From Parachlamydiales bacterium (GTDB lineage: Bacteria; Chlamydiota; Chlamydiia; Chlamydiales; SM23-39), in NCBI GenBank assembly GCA_016931275.1, contig JAFGFA010000018.1, positions 6,492-70,491 on the forward strand: DNA of 64,000 bases. The letters are read 5' to 3'. Positions 52,101-60,180 of this stretch are shown here, in pieces. The position numbers and the translations under genes are program-made. Every line of letters begins with the position of its first letter. Positions within the stretch are counted from its first letter, which is position 1. The notes beneath the pieces are model-generated. The model saw only the letters and a program-made list of their open reading frames with translations. It was not told where the DNA came from and did not search any database.

Positions 52101-55100
52101 AGAACGATGTTATGTCCTTGAGAAGTGATATCGCCGATGATGGTCGATCCGGAGCCATAGTGATAAATGATGACATCCGTTCCAATTTGTCTTAGTTCTC
52201 CAGAGATATTCATGATGTTGCCGACAGAACCGAGAATGCTTTCGTTAAGGGCATAGACAACAGAACCTCCTCCTGTAGTGGTGGTGTTCCCGTTGTGATA
52301 AAGATGTTCTCCCGTGATAGAAATTCCATCTACTCCCGAAGTATTGACATTTCCTATAAAGCTTGTAGTCCCCGTGCCGGCTAGTTGAGAGATAGAAAGA
52401 GCGGTGATGGATTTTGAGTCAAAATCTTTCACGGTGCTAATCGTCACATTGCCAAGACGGATACTAGAACCAAGATTGGAAGAACAGGTGATATCACTAG
52501 TTGCGCTGGCAGCAAGAGTTAAGTGTTCTTGTCCGATATTAGTACCATTGACGGTACCGCTGATTGTTAGGTCTCCTTCCCCGGAATTTAAGATAGCAGC
52601 AGCAGCGAGGGTGATGGGAGAGTCATCCACAAAGGAAAGAGGGGTATTGTTGGTTTGAATAGTGCCGGCTAAAACAATCGTTCCTGTTCCTCCACTATTG
52701 GTTTGAGTAAAGGCGCCATCGATTGAGACAGTCTTATCAGGGGTAAAGGTGAGAATGCCGCTATTTTGCAAGGAACAGGGACCGCTTGAAGCTGTAGTGA
52801 TATCATCTTCAAAGGTAATATTGACTCCTGTCAGAGTGATACCTCCAATAGCCGAAGTGGTTATCGAGCCGCGAAAATCAGAAGTGTTTGCTCCTGTTGT
52901 TTGCGTAAGAGAAGCGGCAGATATTGCTTCAGTCGTGACATTGTAAGCGTTTGTGATAATGAGAGCTCCGAGCGGTGTTGTGCTACCGATATTGCCTTCG
53001 AAGGATAGGTTTCCATTAGAGGATGTCCCAAGATCCAATGTTAGGTCTCCCGGACCATCGATTGTACTGAAAAAAGTGATTGGTTTATTGGCAGCGGCGG
53101 TAGATAGAGAAGGCGTTCCCGAGATAATAATAGGATTAAGAAAAAGTATTTCATCGGAAGCTGTTAGAGAAGAAGAGAGAGTGCAAGTTCCATTCCCGTT
53201 GATCGTAATGATGCCGTCGATAGAGGCCGTTGCGGTAGCTTGAAACTCGGCAGTTCCCGTATGGGTAACGGTCAAAGGGCCGGTGGTTGTTGTGATCGGT
53301 TGCTCAAAGGTGAAATTGGTCCCTTGGAGATTGATGCCAAGGGCTCCTGTCGTTGTCAAACTATCATGAAATGTTGTTGTTCCGGTGCCCCCGATTTGTT
53401 GGATGCTAGAAGCATACACTTTTTGTACGGAAGCGTTTAGAGTCTTATTGATATAGAATTTTGAGAGAGGAGTGATCGCTCCGATATCTCCAACTGTAAT
53501 ATTCCCAGCAGTCGCATCTAACTCAAGGGTAAAAGCACCATTTGTCGCTTCATTCAAGGTAATGTTTGCTCCGGTAAGTCCAGTATTTAGGATAACATTA
53601 CCGGTAAGGGTGATAGGGGAGGTAAAAGAGATCGGTTGGTTTGTTGTCGTGATATTATTGGCTAAAAGAACGGAACCTGTCCCATTTTGGACAAATGCGC
53701 CGCTTACGGAGATGTTACCGGCAGCAGAGCTGTCAAAAGTACCGCTATTCGTGATGGTCATTCCGCCACTGCCTGTGGTCGTGATCGCAGCGCTGCGTGT
53801 GATATTATTGCTTTGAATCGAGATGCCGTTAGATCCTATTGTAGCAACGGTTCCTTGTAATAAGGTCGTTCCAGTGCCTGCAAGCTGCTGGAAAGAAAGA
53901 GAAGATAGGGTAGATTGCACCGTGACATTTTGTGCGCTGTTGACAATCATATTGCCTAGAGGCGTATCGTGCCCTACGGCTCCTTGCAATAAGAGGTTTC
54001 CTGTGCCGGCTGTACAGGTGAATGTATAACCGCCATCAAGGGTACTAAGAAAACGAATATCCTGATTACCACCGCTTGTATCGAAACTTGAATTTCCCAC
54101 CAGAACACAAGGACTGGTAAAGGTGATAGATCCATTGCGGGCAATGATGTTAAAGAAGAGGTTGTTGGAGCCTGTTCCGTCTTGTAGATAGGATTGGTCG
54201 ACATCGACGGTAGTCCCTCCAAGTCCTGCCATGGTTCCGCTGTGGGTTACATGAATTGATCCCCCTCCCGTAACGAGCACATCAGCATAACGATAACAAT
54301 CATTGCCGACAAAAGTAATCCCATTGGAGCCGTTGATATCGATCGTTTCATAAAAGATCGTTTGTCCGTTTCCTGCCAATTGAGAGAAAGAAGCTGCAGT
54401 AATGGTATCATTAAAGATTAAATTGTCTGTCGATATAATTTCCAGATCTCCCAAGCGTGTAGTGGTTCCGATTGCTTGGAAAGATCCGCTGCCTAAGCCA
54501 AGCGTTAATGTCAGATCATAATTTCCGTCTATACTATTATAGAAATCGATGGGAGCATTATAGGATGAAGTGTCTAGAGCAACATTGTCTGTGAGAGTAA
54601 CGGGACCGTTGAAACCGATGTGGTTTGCGTTGATCTGGGTCCCTAAAGAAACTGCGCCTATTCCCAGTTGATGAAAGTAGCCACTGATAGAACAAATCGC
54701 TGCAGGAGGCAGTGTTAGCACTCCACTATTGCTGATTTCGAAGTTACCATTATTGGTTGTTGTGACGGTATCTTGAAAGGTAAAATTGGTGCCTGTCAGA
54801 GAAATGCCGTCGATGCCGCTTGTAAGTAATGGCCCTTGAAAGAGTGATGTTCCGGTCCCCGTGCTTTGTGTTAAAGAGGCAATAGTAAGAGCATTGGCTA
54901 CTGTCCAATTTAAGGCGGAGTTGATGGTCATATGGTTGAGAGGAGTTATAGCTCCAACAGCAGCTAAAAAAGAAATAGAACCGGTGTTAGCCGCAAGGGT
55001 AATGGAACGCGCATAAGCAACATCGCTATCGAGCGTATCGTCGAATGTGATGTCGCCTCCTGAGCTGGAAAGGGTGATGCTGTCGACGTTATTTCTGATA

Positions 55101-58100
55101 ACAGGTCTTGTAAAAGAGATGGGATTATTGACCGTAGAGATGCCTCCACCTAGGTAAATGGTGGATGTAAGGCCCGGTACAAGAGAGATTGCGTGGGTAT
55201 CGATATTCCCCATGAGATATAGATCGCCGCCGATGATTTCGACGAGAGAAAATTCATCGGGTAAAACGGTGCCGATGGAACCGACATGAACTGTTCCTGT
55301 ATCGGCATTGATGCGTAGGATTCTGTAGTCATTGGCAGGGTTGGAAAGAGCGAGCGTATCGCCAAGAGTGATAGTTCCTCCTGATGAGGTAATTGTGAGA
55401 TCGCTGCCGGCACCGAGTTGTATGGTTCCTGTAGTAAAGTCCATAGGATCATTAGAGGATGTGAAAGTAGTTAATGCTCCAGCATCCATATTGAAATTAG
55501 TGGCGGCAGCATAAGATTGTGTGTTAGCATGATATGTCGTTCCGGTAAAAAACATCTCATTGCTGGCATTAAGGGTTGTGGTTCCAGTAACCCCTGCACT
55601 TGCAGCTCCGATATCACCTACAGAAATATCGCTTCCTGAAATTGTAAGGGAAGCAAGAGGAGTAGAAGCTCCTATTGGCCCAGACAGGGTTACAGAAGCG
55701 CCATTGCCATTGGCAATATAGTTAAAGGTTCCGTCGATACTGTTTGATAGAGTGATGTCGCCAATGCCGGATGTGAGTTCCATGGTTATATCGTTTGTCA
55801 GAGTGATCGGAGAAGAAAAAGAGATCTCATCGCTATTACCGGTGATATCTGCTGCAAGAGAGTTTTGGCCCGATCCGTTTTGTATGAAGGCTCCTGAACT
55901 AACGATTTCTGCTGCTAGAGCTTGTGTGAAGAGGCCACTATTGGTGATCGTGACAGGACCGTTGTTTGTTGTAGTCACTGTGTTATTCATTGTGATCGCA
56001 TTTCCTGTAAAAGAAATGCCGTTGCTGCCCGTTGTTACTACTGTATTATTGAAAAGAGTGGTCCCCGTTCCCGCCGTTTGCGAAAAGGAAGAGGCATTGA
56101 TCGTTGTAGCGGTGACATTGTTGGCAGAGGCGATACTGAGGGCTCCCAAAGAAGAAATACTTCCGATAGGATTATGAAAGGTGATCGATCCGGTTCCCGC
56201 TGTTAGAGAAAGGTTTTGTGTGCCGTCGAGAGTGTTATAAAAATCGATATTGCCACCGCCGCTTCCTGTGCTTACAGAAGAAGTTCCTGCGATCGTGACA
56301 GGTCCGTTAAAAGATATATTGGCATTTTGCGTAGTGATGTTCGCCGCCAGCGATACGGCTCCGGATGTGGACTGGTTAAAGACGCCTCCTCCGACAAGGG
56401 AGACGTTGGTACCTGAAATAAAAGTGGCTGTGCCGGTATTGGCAAGTGTCAATGATCCTGCGGCGGCGGTTGTTACGGTATTGTTGAAAGTAAAGGCATT
56501 TCCTGTGAGCGAGATGCCGCCTACGGTAGATGTGCTTAAGGCTCCGAAAGATGAAGTTCCTGTTCCGGCTAGTTGAGAGATAGTTCCTGCAGTGATATTG
56601 TTGAAGCTGGCATTTTGGACACTGGAGACTGTAAGGGAGGTGAGAGCAGTAGTATTTCCGATTGCACCAGAAACGGAAATATCACCTGCACCTGCATTGA
56701 GAGTTAGTGTTCTTGCATTATTTATGGTGCCGGAGACTGTGATATCTCCGCCGGAAGTGGCGATGGTGATGTTATTATTGAGTACAATGTCGCCGGTTCC
56801 TGCGGTATTGGGATAGAGCATGACAGGTCCTCCGGCTGTCGTTATATTCCCTCCTAGGCTGATGCTTTGCGCTGATGTATAGATCCTGGAAAAATAGGTT
56901 CCGCTTGTAAAGATAGGCACATTTGAGAAGTGCTCCAGGCTGGGTAGATTAGCGCGCAGGATCAGAGCGGCTGAAGTGGTAAGGATTGCACTATCACTAT
57001 CTCCTGTAGCGCTGATATCAGGGCCAGTGATGTTGATGGTTCCCGTTGTGATAATGGTCCTTTGTGCTTCTACTTTTAAGGAAACACCGTTATAAGAACC
57101 AAATTGACAGCCACGGTTTGAGCTGATGATGGGGTCAAAGAAACTGATGAAATCACCGAGCTTACCGTCGGGTTTTAGCAGGGTAAAATCGCCGCCACTA
57201 TAGAAGTGGGCATCTGCTGAGATGGGATTTTCGCTGATAAATGTCATATTGCCGCCGGAAAAAAAGCCGGAGTTAGGATGAGACAGAGTTAAAATATCGA
57301 TGCAAGGGCTTTGAATGGTGCAGTTGCCTTTTGTCCAAATACGGCTTGATGTTTCCTTAGAATCTCTCACTTTGATTTTCTCTTGCGAGGAAAGGAATAG
57401 TTCTTTACCGGAGGATAAGGAGGAACTTTCGAGGAAAAGCGTTTTTTTTGCCTGGATGGTTAGAGTATCGTCTGCCTGTATCTGTCCGGAACTTTGCATG
57501 GAAGGAGCTTCAATTGCGATCTCTTTTCCTTGGATCGTTCCCTTATGGACTAGGTAAAACACTCCGTCTTTTTCTTCGAGGGCATTCGCAGGGGGCATTC
57601 CATCGGTGTTCACGACCATTTTAACAGCGGCTTTGGCGGCGGGTACTGAAATACACACAGCACCTCCTGCCGCTTCGATCATCCCAAAATTTTCGATCAA
57701 AGATTGTTCCAGCTCTCCTTCTGTTGTGAATTTCATTAAACCGTTGCCTAAAAAATCGATCGAGACTTTTTCTGCTGAGGCCAGGATGATTTTTTCGGCC
57801 TTGGTAAAAAGAGAACCTGTATTTTTAATATGGGGAGATAAAAGAGCAAGGCACCCATCATTGGACAATAAAGAACCTTCATTGACAATGGATCCGTTTT
57901 CTTTTCCTTTTTCTAGAAAAAAGTGAAAACGTCCTTCTAAAAAATCTTCGTTTTTAATGTTTAGCGTTGAGGCGATAAAGGATCCCGCATTGACTTGTGC
58001 GTTTTTCCCAAAATAAATTCCTTGAGGGTTGACGAGAAACAGACGGCCGTTGCTTTCCATATGGCCCTGGATTTCAGAAATGTTTTTTCCGATAACGCGA

Positions 58101-58342
58101 TTGAGGATGCAGGATTTGTCATCCGGTAAAGTAAATGTTATTTTTTCCCCTGCCCCGATAGAAAAGGTTTTATAGTCGATGATTGTTTTGTCAGTTGCCG
58201 AAACATGAAGTTGCTGGGGAGTAGAAAAGGAAAATTGGGCATCACCCGATACGATTTTTTCCCCTTTTGGCAGGGCAAAGAGAGAGGCCGTATAGCATAG
58301 ACAGCAACTCATGAAATATAAAAAAGAATATTTCTTGTTCAT
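43175..58342 (-). CDS. Giant filamentous haemagglutinin-like TpsA exoprotein (5055 aa)
   Basis: Signal peptide ending ASLFA|LP, TPS secretion domain (ILNRV, SNGRLFLVNPQGI, FIASTL), then ~4300 aa of T/G/S/N/I-rich beta repeats. ATG at 58342 overlaps the tpsB stop (TGATG). Confidence 0.93.
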   Translation of the reverse strand: MNKKYSFLYFMSCCLCYTASLFALPKGEKIVSGDAQFSFSTPQQLHVSATDKTIIDYKTFSIGAGEKITFTLPDDKSCILNRVIGKNISEIQGHMESNGRLFLVNPQGIYFGKNAQVNAGSFIASTLNIKNEDFLEGRFHFFLEKGKENGSIVNEGSLLSNDGCLALLSPHIKNTGSLFTKAEKIILASAEKVSIDFLGNGLMKFTTEGELEQSLIENFGMIEAAGGAVCISVPAAKAAVKMVVNTDGMPPANALEEKDGVFYLVHKGTIQGKEIAIEAPSMQSSGQIQADDTLTIQAKKTLFLESSSLSSGKELFLSSQEKIKVRDSKETSSRIWTKGNCTIQSPCIDILTLSHPNSGFFSGGNMTFISENPISADAHFYSGGDFTLLKPDGKLGDFISFFDPIISSNRGCQFGSYNGVSLKVEAQRTIITTGTINITGPDISATGDSDSAILTTSAALILRANLPSLEHFSNVPIFTSGTYFSRIYTSAQSISLGGNITTAGGPVMLYPNTAGTGDIVLNNNITIATSGGDITVSGTINNARTLTLNAGAGDISVSGAIGNTTALTSLTVSSVQNASFNNITAGTISQLAGTGTSSFGALSTSTVGGISLTGNAFTFNNTVTTAAAGSLTLANTGTATFISGTNVSLVGGGVFNQSTSGAVSLAANITTQNANISFNGPVTIAGTSSVSTGSGGGNIDFYNTLDGTQNLSLTAGTGSITFHNPIGSISSLGALSIASANNVTATTINASSFSQTAGTGTTLFNNTVVTTGSNGISFTGNAITMNNTVTTTNNGPVTITNSGLFTQALAAEIVSSGAFIQNGSGQNSLAADITGNSDEISFSSPITLTNDITMELTSGIGDITLSNSIDGTFNYIANGNGASVTLSGPIGASTPLASLTISGSDISVGDIGAASAGVTGTTTLNASNEMFFTGTTYHANTQSYAAATNFNMDAGALTTFTSSNDPMDFTTGTIQLGAGSDLTITSSGGTITLGDTLALSNPANDYRILRINADTGTVHVGSIGTVLPDEFSLVEIIGGDLYLMGNIDTHAISLVPGLTSTIYLGGGISTVNNPISFTRPVIRNNVDSITLSSSGGDITFDDTLDSDVAYARSITLAANTGSISFLAAVGAITPLNHMTINSALNWTVANALTIASLTQSTGTGTSLFQGPLLTSGIDGISLTGTNFTFQDTVTTTNNGNFEISNSGVLTLPPAAICSISGYFHQLGIGAVSLGTQINANHIGFNGPVTLTDNVALDTSSYNAPIDFYNSIDGNYDLTLTLGLGSGSFQAIGTTTRLGDLEIISTDNLIFNDTITAASFSQLAGNGQTIFYETIDINGSNGITFVGNDCYRYADVLVTGGGSIHVTHSGTMAGLGGTTVDVDQSYLQDGTGSNNLFFNIIARNGSITFTSPCVLVGNSSFDTSGGNQDIRFLSTLDGGYTFTCTAGTGNLLLQGAVGHDTPLGNMIVNSAQNVTVQSTLSSLSFQQLAGTGTTLLQGTVATIGSNGISIQSNNITRSAAITTTGSGGMTITNSGTFDSSAAGNISVSGAFVQNGTGSVLLANNITTTNQPISFTSPITLTGNVILNTGLTGANITLNEATNGAFTLELDATAGNITVGDIGAITPLSKFYINKTLNASVQKVYASSIQQIGGTGTTTFHDSLTTTGALGINLQGTNFTFEQPITTTTGPLTVTHTGTAEFQATATASIDGIITINGNGTCTLSSSLTASDEILFLNPIIISGTPSLSTAAANKPITFFSTIDGPGDLTLDLGTSSNGNLSFEGNIGSTTPLGALIITNAYNVTTEAISAASLTQTTGANTSDFRGSITTSAIGGITLTGVNITFEDDITTASSGPCSLQNSGILTFTPDKTVSIDGAFTQTNSGGTGTIVLAGTIQTNNTPLSFVDDSPITLAAAAILNSGEGDLTISGTVNGTNIGQEHLTLAASATSDITCSSNLGSSIRLGNVTISTVKDFDSKSITALSISQLAGTGTTSFIGNVNTSGVDGISITGEHLYHNGNTTTTGGGSVVYALNESILGSVGNIMNISGELRQIGTDVIIYHYGSGSTIIGDITSQGHNIVLTDTAAFTTQGNLTVYGDINSESGVPHNCLFSVGGNISFIGNIGQTSPLNIITVSDAINFTANKISAASLQIGTTTPISSITTFNDIVTTSDASGILIKSHDVNLNADITTSGGGSLTITNSNILTIDATAILSLDGPFVQNGGGENRLGSSITTNNQSISFASPLVLTAEPARLDTGTGSGDITINTLSGAYALNLRAGTGDIYFLDHVGLTNPLTGITIESTHNLTASSSIDIDGPLTLQNSTGTASFQNTLSTTTAGGISLTGIAITFADDVTTTGGGPIALSHSGLLTCASGISISSDSTFIETNLGATGTMTLGGSISTNNANLSISSPVILSNSATLSSGTGSGDILLSASIDATVAGTQRLTLASGLGNILATEPIGTTTRLGKLEISNAYNVTLQDITLASLSQLAGTGTSLFEGTIHTNTSQGIVLTGTNFTFSDYITTTNSGSMTVTNSGLLTRSGTFSTSIAGSFLQNGTGSITLGDTISAQTGISFTGPINLGQNSILQTTSGNITVNNTIDEAFSLTTTATSGTINFLNAIGGTSPLASFTTSASQITHQASLTTTGAIQHTGSVILGGDVSTTNSNVTVTGNVSISASDVEINTGTGVGNIAISGFLQGTVAGNCCTINAGTGNVSIGGTTGASIPLNDFSVTGHYISLNNVGSVSQGITGNITLSATDSIDFNGDVYNTTGTQNYTANNFFYFNKGALTTLRSNNTDITFTTGGIHLSANNHFTLQSNGGLITLTTLTVADDKVVNLIADASVGTISYVQIGTATNFLDNVLLKGATITPPEPPAPPPYTIIYANNWSYVSPSTIILTTDVHYDGTLTYDDPVILGATDLAFIWDGPTSGDLTFNNLLNSADGYVTNTTFSPGAGNNLVINSPIGAIDPLGSVTINDVTDVTINNDMQMGSFSQINGSGTTTINGDLTTTAVGGISIQTADIDLFGDLLTENSGPIVIDNSGLLQTPSCVTINSSGAFQQIGSGTVEICGTIITHDAEISFNSPVKLLNQLTLTSKDTSGGNISFSSTIKGSTDVTENLILTAGSGDITFLDTIGESLVPLYLGYLNIASAHDVSVEEIYTARFLQTSGTGTTSFNQAASFKGTSQGLSFTGNALTIDNTLTTTNEGPLLITNSGLLTLTSSADCTINGNFTQNGTGASSLAGAIAADGSISFATAATLTDAFALDTSSYDQTITFSQTLDGTVAGSENLTIDTGNGDLFLLGAVGQSTRLGILTITQASNVTASTMYAASIIQTNGSGTTTLSGSLNTLAGGISLNGTKLSLSGNMITTGSVSLTHTGDLIITGGGSTSIDGTFTESGGGTVRLGGSITTTNTNLTFNDPIVLTGTSYLSTGTGIGDISLATTLNGGYNLTLTAGTGDILFGGTIGNTVSLGALTIASVQDISYPIVKASSITQSLSSGTTIIGGTMTSSGLAGIALTGNIITQNASLITQNEGPITITNSGLLTIATNINSSGPFSQNGTGTVDLSSSLIAANDSISFDSPVTLTATSSVYTGSLGANILFDDTIDGTVGTENLTLTATSGSITCNGNIGATIPIGDFLISSAYNATFHDITASSLTQSINTGTTIFNGAVSSTNTVSLTGTNFTINNDFTVTSGDLNVSTSGIFSLTSAANLLISGNLEHTGTGSSSLNGIVVTGGYIDFNIPNTIISAGTANCSTAAANQPITFYGTVEGPGNLTLASGSANISFADTIGASTRLGTLTITNTGSLVSKNITAEAIVQSAGNAIFNGALNTNGVGGIDLNGTGFTFAGNVTTTGSGPCTITNAGTCSFAIGKNLSLSGAFTQDGTGPLSLGSNITTDNADIHIVQPTTLTALVSLSTGTGSGNVQFDSTINGNYNFSITAGTGNITATSPIGNITRLRDITVYSVTDLTIDAVSANSISQLQGSGISLINGNINTNGSNGIYIVGNNFIRSGDITTTNGGSITITNSGLITGTGLNTTSIDGYYIQNGTGPLDFGGTITAKLGISLLGPMTLLADGVLDTSTGNGNIVLNNTIDGAKNFTINAGTGNVSCLEIIGGSSALTSLTIDGRDISLNNIGDGGVGITGTTDITSTGQIHFSGTSYKAHTQNYSTSVQFAFDAGALTTVSSSGNPILFTGGGSINLSTNTDLTINSDGGSLTLENIYAETNDVRTLIIDAGSADLQVQQIGMSGDAEFSHTTLIGNNLYLSEDIYSNMLTLTPSVKIYAAGNISTNHTDLIFSKPVELTSSKTFSTGSTAGGNIVFSDLLDSDSDYTHSLTLTAGTGNILFNALVGSVHPLYQLTITNAQDVSAQTITAGGLTQSAGSGTTSFNGDLDITKFLGINLTGTNFTITNNVTTAENGSIVLSASGLANVSGTIVSSGAFTQSGNISFSGSLTTGQNVRFQGPVTLSGSPFIDTSATEKSIAFNSTVNGSGNLTLQAGGGNITFASSVGTTERIGDLIINNVHTMNTQAINASSIYVASSTEQIIWNDTWNTNAAGNAIHLIGKIFVYDGALETSNGGNVLLTNSGHLLCNNDSVSSISGSFIQNGTAEAYLRGSIQTGEDISFDSSLILVEDLTLQADQNITLNDTVDGNYQLTLQTGGDITLNETIGSTEELKKFLINSASNVETESITAEAVIQAAGTNTSIFHGSLKATGTDGIQLTGNIITQENLWTISQGPLIVTNAGTWTANGNKILLVNGAFTQNGTGNVSFEGNLNTNNQPISFYGPITLTNNSGFITGAVGADMTFYNTIDGAYQLSLISKAGDITFGSALGSLSPLNSLSIQNAYNVTTDAIYANIFNILAQKNVYLNTIAGNAGNMELLQVDAENIFFGGTIAADTVEFTATQEILNSGSPVAITTVEDAEFNALGGDVGSYDSPILIYAANRIFVGSTNLADFSGTDLDDTVHYLASNIPMLIIWNGRIIFDRRPTPSQETKTYAMPGLDSSSFSLANDFFFKTLFYMPDQTEIRKNYLFVYRKQKKDTDKL
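43871..56710 (-). repeat. Degenerate protein-level tandem repeat array inside tpsA
   Basis: About 21 units of ~160-175 aa (LTLxAGTGxIxF..IG...LxxLTI..A.NV..Q.AGTGTTxF..GIxLTG..TNSG..FxQNGxG..ISFxxP..TIDG) plus three ~235-aa variant units; counted by eye. Confidence 0.85.
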
Positions 58343-60000
58343 CAAAAAGCCCTGTCTGTAATTTTTATATAGAAAAATGCATCTCTTGAAAGGTCTCGAT
58401 GATTTAAAGGAAATCCGACTTCAAATGTGCCGGCAAGACCCCATGGGCCGTTGATTCTAACGCCAAATCCTGTACTCCATTGATAGGTATTTCCGTTGTC
58501 TTTAAAGAAAACGCTGCCTTGGTCCATGAAAAGAGAGAATTGCAGGATGTCTTTAATTTTTTTATTGCCCATTCCTGGAGGAGCAAAACGCCATTCCGCG
58601 TTGCAATAGTAGCCGCTGTCGCCCATGCCTGTAGCGAGAGGAAATCCTCGCACGGTATCTGCTCCTCCGATATAGATCTGTTCTGGAACGGTGAGTTTAT
58701 TGGGGCTCCATTGTCCTGAAGCATGTAACGAAAGGAACATGGAATGCGGTAAAGTTTTTAGATAATCATAATCGAGATTGAGTTTGAAAAAATTTCCTTG
58801 GGCTCCTGGACGTGAGCTGGAGGCCGTTGGGTTGTCGAGGCCATCTAAAAAGCCGGGTAAGCCTATTCCCATTTTTAATACGATATAGTTACGTCCGATC
58901 AGCGGGTTGTAATGATCAAAGATGGATCCAAGAGTGAGTACACGTAGTTTGTCGAAGGAGGTGAGCTGATGCAGCGTTAAATTTTTGATCTGCTTATAAT
59001 CAAAAGAGGCGTAGAGATCACAGTTCAGAAATTGTCTTCTGGTTAAGGCGTGCGAGGCCTTGATTGTTGCTATATGGGAGGAGCCTCTTAGTTTTAAATC
59101 TTTCATTTCTTGGATGTGGAATGTAGATGTTAGGTAGGCAAGTTCACAAAAGGTTCCCTTTACATTGACAGGAAAGCGATAGATAAGATCTGTAAAATAA
59201 AGGGCGCTTGCTGGAATGCCGATCGTTTGCGTGACGGAAAATTTGTCGCCGTCTGTAAAGAGTCTGGAATCTAGTCTGGCTCCTATACGAATGTTAGGAG
59301 TCAGCCATCGTCCATAGTTGTTGCCATTAATATATAAGTGCGTCGGAGTTTTGTCTTGTACTTGGATGGTCAGATCGACTGTTCCAAGTTCCTTGCCTTT
59401 TATAAAGATGGCTCCTGCCTGAAGATCACTATTCTCATTGAGCAATAATAAGGTGCGGAGCAATTGGTGGTAGTTAACGGCTTTGTTTTGCAAAGGGGTA
59501 AAATAACGAAGGATGAACTTTTCTTTATAATGCTTATTTCCCTCGATTGTGACTTGTCCTAGTTTTCCTTCGACAATCTCAATAGTGATTACTCCATCTG
59601 TAATAGTTTGCGGGGGAGGGAAGGCTCTTGCCAGAAAAAATCCCTTTTCTGCATAAAAATTTTCAATGCTATGACAGATGTCATAGATATCGCAAAGAGA
59701 AAGAGAGCAATGCAATCTGTTTTCAATCTGTTTGAGGATTGCAGTAGAGGAAAGGGCTTCGTTGTTTTTTAGACGTATTTCACGAATGTAAACTTTAAGT
59801 CCTTCAGGCATAGAAAGCCTTTCTTCAGGAATATCGATTTCGATTTGGGGAATTTTTCTATCCGGCTTTAGAGGTTCTGTTTCATATTCCTTTTCAAGTT
59901 GTCGTTCGATGACTCCGCTTGAGGGCACAGGAGGAGCCGTAGCAAAGAGAGTTCCCCAGAACAAGGGGAAAAAAACACAAAGCTGAATATATTTGTTCAT
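58342..60000 (-). CDS. TpsB / ShlB-FhaC-HecB family two-partner secretion transporter
   Basis: Signal peptide, POTRA (FYAEKGFFLARAFPPPQ..G.I.IEIVEG), NNYG, EQIYIGGADTVRGF (L6 loop), FMDQG, C-terminal Phe. Confidence 0.93.
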   Translation of the reverse strand: MNKYIQLCVFFPLFWGTLFATAPPVPSSGVIERQLEKEYETEPLKPDRKIPQIEIDIPEERLSMPEGLKVYIREIRLKNNEALSSTAILKQIENRLHCSLSLCDIYDICHSIENFYAEKGFFLARAFPPPQTITDGVITIEIVEGKLGQVTIEGNKHYKEKFILRYFTPLQNKAVNYHQLLRTLLLLNENSDLQAGAIFIKGKELGTVDLTIQVQDKTPTHLYINGNNYGRWLTPNIRIGARLDSRLFTDGDKFSVTQTIGIPASALYFTDLIYRFPVNVKGTFCELAYLTSTFHIQEMKDLKLRGSSHIATIKASHALTRRQFLNCDLYASFDYKQIKNLTLHQLTSFDKLRVLTLGSIFDHYNPLIGRNYIVLKMGIGLPGFLDGLDNPTASSSRPGAQGNFFKLNLDYDYLKTLPHSMFLSLHASGQWSPNKLTVPEQIYIGGADTVRGFPLATGMGDSGYYCNAEWRFAPPGMGNKKIKDILQFSLFMDQGSVFFKDNGNTYQWSTGFGVRINGPWGLAGTFEVGFPLNHRDLSRDAFFYIKITDRAF

Positions 60001-60009
60001 AATTGATTC

Positions 60010-60037
60010 TATATAAATTTTTTCTTGATATTGTCAA
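60010..60037 (-). promoter_or_regulatory. Candidate sigma66 promoter of tpsBA (near-leaderless)
   Basis: Perfect TTGACA (60037-60032), N16, TATATA (60015-60010); ATG 9 bp downstream and no SD sequence. Confidence 0.35.
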
Positions 60038-60180
60038 TATATAGTGTGTTTTTTGCGTTTGGGGGTTTTTTAATTACAATTTTAAAAAACTTTATTCTTG
60101 ATGATTGTATGATCAACAGAAAAAAAGAGACTAGGGTTCAAAGGAAAGGGTTATGCGTTATTTTTTGTTTCGAGAATTGT

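Noticed and set aside
43539-57926. Dozens of plus-strand ORFs (60-145 aa, V/P/L-rich) opposite tpsA
   Set aside because: Antisense shadows of the Thr/Gly/Asn/Ser-rich codons of tpsA; they mirror its repeat and have no independent motifs.
43175-58342. Higher G+C of tpsA as proof of recent horizontal transfer
   Set aside because: Largely explainable by Gly/Thr/Ala content; no integrase, flanking direct repeats or IS ends seen. Needs a GC3 calculation.
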